Assembly (NCBI GenBank): GCA_902618385.1 | Contig: CACNAF010000001.1 | Coordinates: 40,207-104,206 of the forward strand | DNA length: 64,000 nucleotides | Direction: 5' to 3' | From: an uncultured Alphaproteobacteria bacterium | Lineage (GTDB): Bacteria; Pseudomonadota; Alphaproteobacteria; HIMB59; GCA-002718135 | Shown here: positions 1-8,430 of the stretch, piece after piece | How positions within the stretch are numbered: the first letter of the stretch is position 1 | Layout of the letters: each line of letters begins with the position of its first letter | Program-made: the position numbers and the translations under genes | The notes under the pieces: model-generated | What the model was told of the DNA's origin: nothing | Database searches by the model: none | Seen by the model: only the letters and a program-made list of their open reading frames with translations

Positions 1-37
1 AAAGATATTGTAATTCGGTTAAAAGATGGATTTTTTT

Positions 38-898
38 CTAGTTAAAATTTATTGAAGAAATTTTATGATTTTTTTCAAATTTAATAATGATCTGAGCTTT
101 TTTATTTAGATCCTTCATCATCCATTTAGTTATTTTCTCATAATGTTGAATAAAATAGTTAATTTCATTTGAAGTCATTCTTTTTGATTTTTTGTTTTTT
201 GATTGATTAGTTTTTTCCTGCATTAATCGCCATTTAAAAACATTATCAAAAGAGGATGTTTTCAAAAAAATAAGTTCATCAAATAACTTAAATAATTTTT
301 TATATTCTAATTTTAATTTATTATTATAGAAATTTCTCCATTGATATTTTGGATCTTTAATTTTTTCTAAATTATTTATATTTTTATGAAGAATTTTTTT
401 TGGAATTTCTGAACTTCCACAACACCAACCTTCTAAGAAAAGAATATCACATTTAGTTTTAGTTATTTTAGTTGATTTACTCGTATCATCAATCAACTTA
501 TCAAATATAGGGGTTGTGATAGGGTATTTACTATTATTAAATTGTTTTATATTTTTAATTAATTTTTCAATGTCATGTGTTCCTGGAACACCTCGAGTTA
601 TTAACAAGTGATGTATTTTTTTAGATAATTGAGATCGTTGTTTTCTTGATAAATAATAATTATCTAAACTAAGCAAAAGTATTTTCTTATTATAAAATTT
701 TTCAATGGTTTTAGAGATAATATTAATAAATGATGATTTTCCAATACCCTGAGAGCCTCCAAATAGGAATTTTTTTGATTTACTAGAGCAAATATAATTT
801 ATGATTGGAATTAATTTATCTACTATGTACTTTTTGGAATATTTTTTATTATATGTTTTGTGTATTTCTATTTGAATATAGTCTATTAATGCACTCAT
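38..898 (-). CDS. P-loop kinase, D-glycerate 3-kinase-like (predicted kinase of the plant/yeast GLYK type)
   Basis: 286-aa ORF with Walker A GGSQGIGKSS, then LSLDNYY and ITRGVPGTHD blocks typical of this uridine-kinase-like fold. Lies beside glycerol-P metabolism genes. Confidence 0.6.
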   Translation of the reverse strand: MSALIDYIQIEIHKTYNKKYSKKYIVDKLIPIINYICSSKSKKFLFGGSQGIGKSSFINIISKTIEKFYNKKILLLSLDNYYLSRKQRSQLSKKIHHLLITRGVPGTHDIEKLIKNIKQFNNSKYPITTPIFDKLIDDTSKSTKITKTKCDILFLEGWCCGSSEIPKKILHKNINNLEKIKDPKYQWRNFYNNKLKLEYKKLFKLFDELIFLKTSSFDNVFKWRLMQEKTNQSKNKKSKRMTSNEINYFIQHYEKITKWMMKDLNKKAQIIIKFEKNHKISSINFN

Positions 899-930
899 TT
901 AATATTTATTTATAAACAAAATACTTATAC

Positions 931-1521
931 ATGAAATTTCTTTTTGATTTAGGTGGTGTTTTTTTTGATTGGGACCCTCATTATTTTTATAAAGATGTAA
1001 TTGAAGACAAAGAAGAAAGAGACAATTTTCTCAATAATATTTGCAATGATGAATGGAATATCCAACAAGATGCTGGAAGACTTATAAAAGATGCAGAAAC
1101 TGATCTAATAAAAACTTATCCTGATTATGAAGATAAAATTAAATTATATTATAAAAATCATCATAAAATGTTTAGAAAAATCTTTCAGTATTCAGTTGAT
1201 GTTTTAGATGTTTTAAAAAATAAAAAATATAAGTGTTATGTTTTGTCAAACTGGTCTTGGGAAACATTTCAAGATATGGATAAAAAATATCCATTCCTAA
1301 ATAAATTTGATGGCCTAATAATATCTGGAAAAGAAAAATTGGTTAAACCTAATGCTGAAATATATAAGTTAGCTACAAGTCGTTTTAATCTAATTCCAGA
1401 GGAAACTGTGTTTATTGACGATAAAAAAGAGAATATTGAGGCCGCAAAGAAACTTGGTTTTTTAACTATACATTTAACTGACCCTGAAATAATAATCCAC
1501 GAAATTAATAGATTTATTTAA
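931..1521 (+). CDS. HAD-superfamily phosphatase (YihX-like subfamily IA)
   Basis: N-terminal motif I FDLGGVFFDW (nucleophile Asp). LSNWS (motif II-like) and FIDDKKENI (motif IV) are present. 196 aa. Confidence 0.7.
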   Translation: MKFLFDLGGVFFDWDPHYFYKDVIEDKEERDNFLNNICNDEWNIQQDAGRLIKDAETDLIKTYPDYEDKIKLYYKNHHKMFRKIFQYSVDVLDVLKNKKYKCYVLSNWSWETFQDMDKKYPFLNKFDGLIISGKEKLVKPNAEIYKLATSRFNLIPEETVFIDDKKENIEAAKKLGFLTIHLTDPEIIIHEINRFI

Positions 1522-1528
1522 TTTAAGC

Positions 1529-2680
1529 ATGAATGAAACTTTTGATATTTTAGTTATTGGTGGAGGGATTAATGGTGCTGGAATTGTTAGAGATGCATCA
1601 GGCAGAAATTTAAAAGTTTGTTTAGTTGAAAAAAACAAAGTTGGTTCAGCAACCTCGTCCTGGTCTACAAAATTAATACATGGCGGATTAAGGTATCTTG
1701 AAAATTACGAATTTCGTCTTGTACGTGAATCTCTCAAGGAAAGAGAAGTAATAAAAAAAATTGCCAGTAATATAACAACACCATTACCTTTTATTATACC
1801 TTATCAAAAATCTTTAAGGCCTAAATGGTTAATTAAATTAGGATTATTTTTATACGATAACATTGGTGGTAAAATGACTATACCAAAATCTTCAACTATA
1901 AATATTAAAAACGAAATGCCTAATATTTTAAAAGATCAATTTAAAATTGGTTTCCAATATTATGATTTACAAGTTGATGATAAAAAACTTGTTCAGTTAA
2001 ATGTTGAAGATGCAAAGAAAAAAGGTGCTATTATTATTCAAAATAGAAAAGTTATAGATGCAAAACGAAATAAAAATATTTGGGATATAACTTTAGATGA
2101 TAATACTATACTTCAATCTAAAATTCTTATTAATGCTGCCGGACCTTGGATAAATGAAGTTTTAAGTAATGTTATTAAATTAAATTCAAATAAATCAATT
2201 CGACTTGTAAAAGGTAGTCACATAATAACTAAAAGTCTTTACAATCAGAAAAAAGCTTTTACTTTACAAAATGAAGATAACAGAATAATTTTTGTTATAC
2301 CTTATAAAGATGAATATTCTCTTATTGGCACCACCGAAACGGAAGTTTTTTCACCAGAAAATCCAAAAATTGATGAAAGTGAAATTGATTATTTATTAAA
2401 TTCAGTAAATAAATATTTCATTAAACAAATATCAAGAGATGATATTGTAAGTTCTTATTCTGGAATTAGACCACTTATTGAAGATTTTAAAGAAGCATCA
2501 AAAGTTACTAGAGACTATATATTTGACTTAAATGAGGATGGTTCACAGGCACCATTATTAAACATCTATGGAGGAAAACTAACGACGTATAGAAAATTAG
2601 CTGAAAATGTTCTTTTAACTCTTAATAAACATATTTCAATAAATAAGGAAAATTCTTGGACTGCGAAACAAAAACTATAA
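1529..2680 (+). CDS. glpD: FAD-dependent glycerol-3-phosphate dehydrogenase, short form
   Basis: FDILVIGGGINGAG dinucleotide-binding motif, SSWSTKLIHGGLRYLE and GGKLTTYRKLAE blocks match GlpD. Only 383 aa, ending soon after the GGKLTTYR block. Confidence 0.8.
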   Translation: MNETFDILVIGGGINGAGIVRDASGRNLKVCLVEKNKVGSATSSWSTKLIHGGLRYLENYEFRLVRESLKEREVIKKIASNITTPLPFIIPYQKSLRPKWLIKLGLFLYDNIGGKMTIPKSSTINIKNEMPNILKDQFKIGFQYYDLQVDDKKLVQLNVEDAKKKGAIIIQNRKVIDAKRNKNIWDITLDDNTILQSKILINAAGPWINEVLSNVIKLNSNKSIRLVKGSHIITKSLYNQKKAFTLQNEDNRIIFVIPYKDEYSLIGTTETEVFSPENPKIDESEIDYLLNSVNKYFIKQISRDDIVSSYSGIRPLIEDFKEASKVTRDYIFDLNEDGSQAPLLNIYGGKLTTYRKLAENVLLTLNKHISINKENSWTAKQKL

Positions 2681-2684
2681 TTGG

Positions 2685-2742
2685 TATCCCTCTTAAATAA
2701 CTTTTCAAAGTTGGTGGGCAGAAAAGTTTTATAAGAGGAATA
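2685..2742 (+). other. Long imperfect hairpin (about 22-bp stem, 14-nt loop) directly downstream of glpD
   Basis: tatccctcttaaataacttttc (2685-2706) pairs with gaaaagttttataagaggaata (2721-2742) with 3 mismatches. Loop is aaagttggtgggca. Confidence 0.4.
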
Positions 2743-2834
2743 CTTCTTATAGGAGGAAATAATATGAACCCTCTGCCCTTAATTATTTTAGTTTAAATTT
2801 ATGATATTTATTGAAAGTTTTTAAAAAAACGAAG

Positions 2835-2860
2835 TATTGCCCCTTAAATTAGGGGCAATA
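2835..2860 (-). terminator. Rho-independent terminator of the ABC ATPase gene
   Basis: taTTGCCCCT-taaatt-AGGGGCAAta hairpin. On the minus strand it is followed by a T-run (complement of aaaaaaa at 2823-2829). Confidence 0.6.
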
Positions 2861-2875
2861 ATCAATACGATTCTA

Positions 2876-3955
2876 TTATTTAAATGCTTGTCCTGAACTA
2901 TCAAATAATTGGCATCTTCCAGCAGGAAAACCAACTTTTACAGTATCACCAACTTTAATTTCTGAATGTCCTTCAGTTTCAGCAACTAATGGCTCTCCAT
3001 CTTTTTCAAGGTATAGGTAAGTAACGTCACCAAGTTTTTCGACAACAAATACTTTACTTTCCCAAGATCCATCTGCATCACCATTTACTACTAAGTGTTC
3101 TGGTCTAATACCTAGAGTTACTGAATCACCCTCTGAGGAGGATGCTGACAGTTTTGAAACTGATATTTTTGACATTCCCATAATATCAACTTCTGTAGCA
3201 TTAGAACTTTTGCTTAATATCTTACTAGAAATAAAGTTCATTTTTGGTGATCCAATAAATCCACCTACGAACATATTATTTGGTCTATCATAAAGTTCGA
3301 GCGGAGATCCTTTTTGTGAAACGATACCCGTATCAAGAACAACAATATCATCAGCTAAAGTCATTGCTTCTGTCTGATCGTGTGTAACGTAAATCATTGT
3401 TGCTTCTAGTTCATTATGAAGTTTTGCTAATTCAACTCTCATTTGAACCCTTAATGCAGCATCAAGATTTGAAAGTGGTTCATCAAATAAGAAAACTTTT
3501 GGTTTTCTTGTAATTGCTCTTCCAATAGCAACACGTTGTCTTTGACCACCTGAAAGTTGTTTTGGCTTTCTTTGAAGATAATCTTCTATTTGAAGAATTC
3601 TTGCTGCCTCATTAACTCTTTCATTAATTTCATCTTTTGATCTTTTTTCTAATTTCAAACCAAAAGCCATGTTATCAAATACAGTCATGTGAGGGTATAA
3701 TGCATATGACTGAAACACCATTGCAATATTTCTTTGTTTTGGTGGTAAATCATTAACTACTTGACCATCAATTGAAATTGTACCTGAATTTATATCTTCA
3801 AGTCCTGCGATCATTCTTAACATAGTAGATTTTCCACAACCACTAGGTCCAACTAGAACTGTGAATGATTGACTTTTGATATCTAGGGATACATCCTTAA
3901 TTACATGGACATCTCCAAAATATTTATTAACAGTATTTATATTTATATCTGCCAC
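2876..3955 (-). CDS. CUT1-type sugar/glycerol-P ABC transporter ATP-binding protein (UgpC/MalK/MsiK-like)
   Basis: Walker A GPSGCGKST, signature LSGGQRQRVAIGRA, Walker B VFLFDEPLSNLD, and a C-terminal MalK-type regulatory domain. Start moved from the ORF-track TTG (3982) to an in-frame GTG at 3955, which has GGAGG 5 nt upstream. Confidence 0.9.
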   Translation of the reverse strand: MADININTVNKYFGDVHVIKDVSLDIKSQSFTVLVGPSGCGKSTMLRMIAGLEDINSGTISIDGQVVNDLPPKQRNIAMVFQSYALYPHMTVFDNMAFGLKLEKRSKDEINERVNEAARILQIEDYLQRKPKQLSGGQRQRVAIGRAITRKPKVFLFDEPLSNLDAALRVQMRVELAKLHNELEATMIYVTHDQTEAMTLADDIVVLDTGIVSQKGSPLELYDRPNNMFVGGFIGSPKMNFISSKILSKSSNATEVDIMGMSKISVSKLSASSSEGDSVTLGIRPEHLVVNGDADGSWESKVFVVEKLGDVTYLYLEKDGEPLVAETEGHSEIKVGDTVKVGFPAGRCQLFDSSGQAFK

Positions 3956-4059
3956 TTCATCCTCCTTTGAGCGATCTTTCAAGTGTATGAAAACTCATCA
4001 TACAAATATATAAATATTTAACGATAATTTTATAAAAAAATCAATAGTTAAAAGGATTT

Positions 4060-4884
4060 TTATCCTTTTACCGCACCAGCAGTAAGCCCTTTAACAATTC
4101 TATTTTGAAAAATTAATACTACAATTAAAACAGGTATAGTAACAAGAACCGAAGCTGCCATAATATTTGGCCATGGGATTTCAAATTCACTTTCACCCCT
4201 AAAACTAGCCATGAATACGGGAAGGGTTGTAACCTCTGGAGATATTGTTAATGTTAATGCAAATAAGAATTCATTCCATGCCCCTATAAAAGCTAATATT
4301 CCTGTTGTCACCATTGCAGGCCACATTAAAGGTAAAAAAACTTTAAATAAAATCACGTAAGAATTTGCCCCATCAACCATTGCTGCCTCTTCAATTTCAA
4401 TAGGTAAATCTCTTATGAATGCAGTCAATATCCACACAGTGAAGGGTAAAGAAAAAACAACATAAGACATTATAAGACCTTGATACGTATTATAAACACC
4501 AAGACTTCTTACTAATTCAAACATTCCTGATAATATTGCTACTTGAGGGAACATTGATGTGCCTAGAATTCCAAGGAGTAAAACTGTCCTTCCCTTAAAT
4601 TGAATTCTTCCTAAGGCATAAGAAGCTGTCAATGCAATTAGAAGACAAAATAAAACTGTTAATGTTGAGACTAAAAAAGAATTAAAAAATGTGGAACCAA
4701 ATGCTGGCCTATTAAGAACATAAATAAAATTTTTAAGAACAGGTTCGCTAGGCCAATATTCTACAATAAAAGTCCCTGTACCAGCTTTTTTTAATGCCGA
4801 TACGATTGCCCAATAAAAAGGAAAGCATGTATAAACTAATATTATTAACAATAAGAATACCAGAGATATTTTTTTCCAACTCAT
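4060..4884 (-). CDS. CUT1 ABC permease (UgpE/MalG-like)
   Basis: 274 aa, 6 predicted TM segments, EAA-loop IEEAAMVDGANSYVILFKVFLPL. Start overlaps the upstream stop. Confidence 0.9.
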   Translation of the reverse strand: MSWKKISLVFLLLIILVYTCFPFYWAIVSALKKAGTGTFIVEYWPSEPVLKNFIYVLNRPAFGSTFFNSFLVSTLTVLFCLLIALTASYALGRIQFKGRTVLLLGILGTSMFPQVAILSGMFELVRSLGVYNTYQGLIMSYVVFSLPFTVWILTAFIRDLPIEIEEAAMVDGANSYVILFKVFLPLMWPAMVTTGILAFIGAWNEFLFALTLTISPEVTTLPVFMASFRGESEFEIPWPNIMAASVLVTIPVLIVVLIFQNRIVKGLTAGAVKG

Positions 4885-5795
4885 TAATAAACTCCCTGTC
4901 TATCAAAACTTGTTTTAGTGATAATCAAGTAAAGAATTGTGGCAATCGTCAAAAATGCAAATAATAAAGTTGATGCAGCAGATCCTTGTCCAACTTCCAT
5001 GAAATCAACTAGCCATTGTCTTGCGTATACGGACATTGAAGCTGTTTCTCTAGAATTGGTAGTAAGCACATATAACAAATCAAAGACTCTCAAAGCATCT
5101 AATGTTCTAAATATAATTGCTATAACTAAAGTTGGTTTAATTAATGGTAGAGTGATATTCCAAAATACTTTCCATGAACTAACACCATCAATTCTTGTTG
5201 ATTCATAAATATCTGTAGGGATCATTTGCAGAGCTGCTAAAGTCAACAGTGTTATAAAAGGCGTAGTTTTCCATACGTCTACAATAATAGCAGCTGCCAT
5301 AGAGCTATCTGGATAAGCTAAAAAAGCAATGGGTTCTGAAATTATGCTTAAGTCCATTAAAATTTCATTAAAAACACCAAATTGTTGATTAAACATCCAT
5401 TGAAACATTTTTGCATTAACAATAGTTGGTATTGCCCAAGGTATTAAAATTGCAGCTCTTACAATACCTCTTGCCGGCATGTTGTTATTTAATATTAAAG
5501 CAAAGGTGACACCAATGATGGTTTCAAAAAAAACAGAAAAAAAAGAAAAGATAAAAGTATTTTTAACCGAAACCCACCACCATTCATCATAAAAAAAAAG
5601 TGTTTCATAATGAAACCATCCAACATAATTATAATTGTATAAATCTCCTAATCTAGCGTCTGTAAAACTATAATTTATTGTTGTTATAAGAGGGTATATG
5701 GCAACGACTGCAAGACAGATAAACATCGGTGTTAAAAATATCCATGCAGACCTAATTCTTTCTTTTGAAAGCTTTGTTCTTTGAATTTTTGTCAT
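4884..5795 (-). CDS. CUT1 ABC permease (UgpA/MalF-like)
   Basis: 303 aa, multi-TM, EAA-loop YESTRIDGVSSWKVFWNITLPL. Confidence 0.9.
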   Translation of the reverse strand: MTKIQRTKLSKERIRSAWIFLTPMFICLAVVAIYPLITTINYSFTDARLGDLYNYNYVGWFHYETLFFYDEWWWVSVKNTFIFSFFSVFFETIIGVTFALILNNNMPARGIVRAAILIPWAIPTIVNAKMFQWMFNQQFGVFNEILMDLSIISEPIAFLAYPDSSMAAAIIVDVWKTTPFITLLTLAALQMIPTDIYESTRIDGVSSWKVFWNITLPLIKPTLVIAIIFRTLDALRVFDLLYVLTTNSRETASMSVYARQWLVDFMEVGQGSAASTLLFAFLTIATILYLIITKTSFDRQGVY

Positions 5796-5811
5796 ATGAT
5801 AAACTAATTAG

Positions 5812-5838
5812 ATTACTGGCGCATTTAGCGCCAGTAAT
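5812..5838 (-). promoter_or_regulatory. Intercistronic GC-cored hairpin between the binding-protein and permease genes
   Basis: ATTACTGGCGC-attta-GCGCCAGTAAT, 11-bp perfect stem, no T-run on the transcribed strand. Confidence 0.5.
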
Positions 5839-5851
5839 AAAAAATATATTA

Positions 5852-7120
5852 TTAGAACTTTCTAGCTAATGCTTTTAAGTCCTTTTCCATTGCAGCCGCT
5901 GCATCTTCAGCACTTTTTGAACCAGTTAATACTGAATGTACTTCATTGAAGAACACGTTACTAACTTGTCCATAATACTTATGAGATACAGTTGATGGTC
6001 TTGCAACAGCGTTATTAAATGTATCAAATAGCATTCCAAAGAAAGGGTTTGCTGCTTTTACATCTGGATCATCATATAACACAGGTCTTGTTGGAAGATT
6101 TGAAGTATCAATTGCTTTAGTCTTCATAACTTCAACACTTGTCATGTGTTTAATTAAATCAGCTGCAATTTCAGGATTCTTTGAATTTTTATTCACCATT
6201 AATTGCCAGCCTCCTAATGCACCAGTCATTTTTCCATCTGATCCACCACCAGGTAGTGCCATAGCGCCAACTTTATCTTTAATTGGACTATCATCAGCTT
6301 GCGAACGACTCCATGCATATGGCCAGTTTCTCATAAACACTGCATTACCAGTTTGCCATACACCTCTTGCATCTTCTTCTTTATAAGTAACAACATCTTC
6401 AGGAGAAATTGTTCCTACCCAAGAAGCAGCAGTTTCAAGTGCAGCAATGGCATTTGGATTATTGATTGATACTGTACCATCAGCTTCAATAATATTTCCA
6501 CCACCAAATGAGTTTACCCATTCAATACCATCACAAGTTAAACCTTCATAAGCAGCACCCTGCCATACAAAACCTTGCATTTTAGAATTTCCTGCAGCTC
6601 TTTCTTTATCTTGAATGAACTGAGCAGTTTCTGCTAATTCACTCCATGTTGAAGGTGGGCTTTTGCCATACTTATCAAGTAAGTCTGTTCTGTAGTATAA
6701 AAGACCTGCATCCGTGAAATAAGGAACAGCAACATATTTACCACCAACAGTGTTATTTCCAACAATACCTTCAAAGAAATCTGCTTTATGAGCATCATCA
6801 AAAATATTATTTAAATCATATGCACAATCAGCAAAAATTCCTGGCCAAATAACATCAATCATAAAAATATCGATATCACTTGATCCTGAACTACAAATTT
6901 GTTGATACAAATTTAAAGTGTCAGTTGCACTAGCTGGTCTGTAAACATAACCAATTTCGTGACCATTTTTTTCAGCCCAATCAAGAGCAAATCTATAATG
7001 CTCTCTCATAGCTCTTTCGTCATCACCACCCATTGTAATTGTAATTTTTGCAGCAAAAACATTGAATGACATCATTAGTGCAACAAAAAAAGTAGCGATC
7101 AGTTTTAGAGATAATTTCAT
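5852..7120 (-). CDS. Periplasmic sugar-type solute-binding protein (CUT1 family)
   Basis: 422 aa with a signal peptide (MKLSLKLIATFFVALMMSFNVFA). Family-1 extracellular SBP-like sequence. AGGAGG SD at 7125-7130. Confidence 0.85.
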   Translation of the reverse strand: MKLSLKLIATFFVALMMSFNVFAAKITITMGGDDERAMREHYRFALDWAEKNGHEIGYVYRPASATDTLNLYQQICSSGSSDIDIFMIDVIWPGIFADCAYDLNNIFDDAHKADFFEGIVGNNTVGGKYVAVPYFTDAGLLYYRTDLLDKYGKSPPSTWSELAETAQFIQDKERAAGNSKMQGFVWQGAAYEGLTCDGIEWVNSFGGGNIIEADGTVSINNPNAIAALETAASWVGTISPEDVVTYKEEDARGVWQTGNAVFMRNWPYAWSRSQADDSPIKDKVGAMALPGGGSDGKMTGALGGWQLMVNKNSKNPEIAADLIKHMTSVEVMKTKAIDTSNLPTRPVLYDDPDVKAANPFFGMLFDTFNNAVARPSTVSHKYYGQVSNVFFNEVHSVLTGSKSAEDAAAAMEKDLKALARKF

Positions 7121-7142
7121 ATTTCCTCCTACTTAAATGTAA

Positions 7143-7161
7143 TTGTACAGTTACTGTACAA
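7143..7161 (-). promoter_or_regulatory. 19-bp perfect palindrome TTGTACAG-tta-CTGTACAA upstream of the SBP gene (operator or 5'-UTR hairpin)
   Basis: Perfect 8+8 inverted repeat centred 32 nt upstream of the start codon. A TTGACA hexamer on the same strand lies at 7195-7200. Confidence 0.4.
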
Positions 7162-7267
7162 ATATAAATCACCTATTTACCATCATTATATTAATGTCAA
7201 TTGGCTAAATAATTCAAAGTGCACAAATTATGGTGAAAGTTTTAAAACTATTAAAATCTGATAGTAT

Positions 7268-8269
7268 TTAACTGCTAGATGGCACTTCTTTTAATATGTA
7301 ATAACTATTATCTTTATGCTGTTTGATTATAGCTGGTAATATTTCTTTATAAGCATCAATCAAACTTGTGTTAGCTTTAGGTAATTGATCTTTAATTAAA
7401 TTACTTAATTTTGGCAAGTTGTAGGAAGGCACAGAAGGAAACATATGATGTTCAACATGATATTCCATATGCCAATATAAAAAACTAAAAATTGGATTAA
7501 ATCGTACTGATCTAGTTGTATACCGGTGATCTTTGATATCTTCTGGGAGCCCAAGATGTTGAGTCATATTAAATATATTAATTATATTACCCCAATATCT
7601 CGGAAAAAAGATTAGTAATGCCGGAAGTGGGTTTATTAAATAAAAAGATAAAACAAATGAAGCTGTCCAAAGTGTAACATGTATTCTTGAAATACGACGA
7701 CACTTAGAAATTTCATTTTGAGGAATGCAGTCTCTCATAACAGGAGTTGTTATACCTATTGCGTGCTTAATTATTTCAAACTTAAAAGAGTTTTTGAAGT
7801 ATATTAACTCATAGAAAGGAACAAAACTAAATAGGAAACTTTTTAAACTGGGGTATTGATGAAACAACGCAGCTTCAAAGTCGTGAGGATCATTCACTGA
7901 GGACGTATTACTGTGATGTCTGAAATGACTCCAAGTCCATCTTGTGGGTTCAAAGTCAGTCATAAAAGAACCAATTTGGTAAAAAATTTCATTTAAATAT
8001 TTTGACTTAAAGGCTGTTCTATGACCACACTCATGCCAAATTGGATTACTAGAATAAAAAAGAACTCCATAAAGCCATAGCCATAGCACTGTCCACCATG
8101 TACCCCAAGTTTCAACAGACATGTATCCAAAAAAGAATAAAAGCGAAAAATATAAAGTAACATGTTGCAGTCCCTTTAAATCACTTTTTTTAGAAAGATC
8201 TTTTAAATCTTTTTTGCTAATATTGGCTCTAAACCACTTTTCATTAACATTGTCTAATTTTTCACTCAT
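7268..8269 (-). CDS. Membrane fatty-acid-desaturase-family di-iron oxygenase (paralog 1)
   Basis: Three histidine boxes: HECGH, HFRHH, HVEHH. Hydrophobic segments are present. About half identical by eye to the ORF at 20077-21087. Confidence 0.8.
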   Translation of the reverse strand: MSEKLDNVNEKWFRANISKKDLKDLSKKSDLKGLQHVTLYFSLLFFFGYMSVETWGTWWTVLWLWLYGVLFYSSNPIWHECGHRTAFKSKYLNEIFYQIGSFMTDFEPTRWTWSHFRHHSNTSSVNDPHDFEAALFHQYPSLKSFLFSFVPFYELIYFKNSFKFEIIKHAIGITTPVMRDCIPQNEISKCRRISRIHVTLWTASFVLSFYLINPLPALLIFFPRYWGNIINIFNMTQHLGLPEDIKDHRYTTRSVRFNPIFSFLYWHMEYHVEHHMFPSVPSYNLPKLSNLIKDQLPKANTSLIDAYKEILPAIIKQHKDNSYYILKEVPSSS

Positions 8270-8430
8270 AATTATTTATACAATTAATTTTATTTAATTT
8301 AACTATAAAATTGGTCATTTATTGTCACAATCATGAAATATGAACACAATTCAGATTACTATAAATATGGTTAATTTTTAAAATTATTGATTTTTTGATC
8401 AATTTTAGTAACTTAAATACTGTCGATAAC

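Noticed and set aside
2681-2875. The spacer after glpD as a decayed remnant of the missing GlpD C-terminal domain (pseudogene fragment)
   Set aside because: By-eye translation of the three plus-strand frames gives only short stop-interrupted peptides with no resemblance to the GlpD C-terminus as I remember it. This cannot be excluded without a tblastn, so it is kept as a check under the GlpD finding.
4939-6386. Plus-strand ORFs 4939-5208 and 6144-6386 inside the minus-strand permease and SBP genes
   Set aside because: These are shadow frames of well-supported genes with no motifs or ribosome-binding sites. The same reasoning applies to the other short antisense ORFs in the track: 9197-9385, 9391-9585, 11198-11500, 14197-14424, 14651-14836, 14785-15129, 15002-15352, 15772-15981, 15836-16018, 21233-21574, 26015-26374, 29595-29783, 29903-30241, 35776-35982, 40441-40623, 43743-44006, 44001-44237, 53133-53405, 55689-55886, 56977-57165, 57134-57322, 62807-62995 and 63389-63619.
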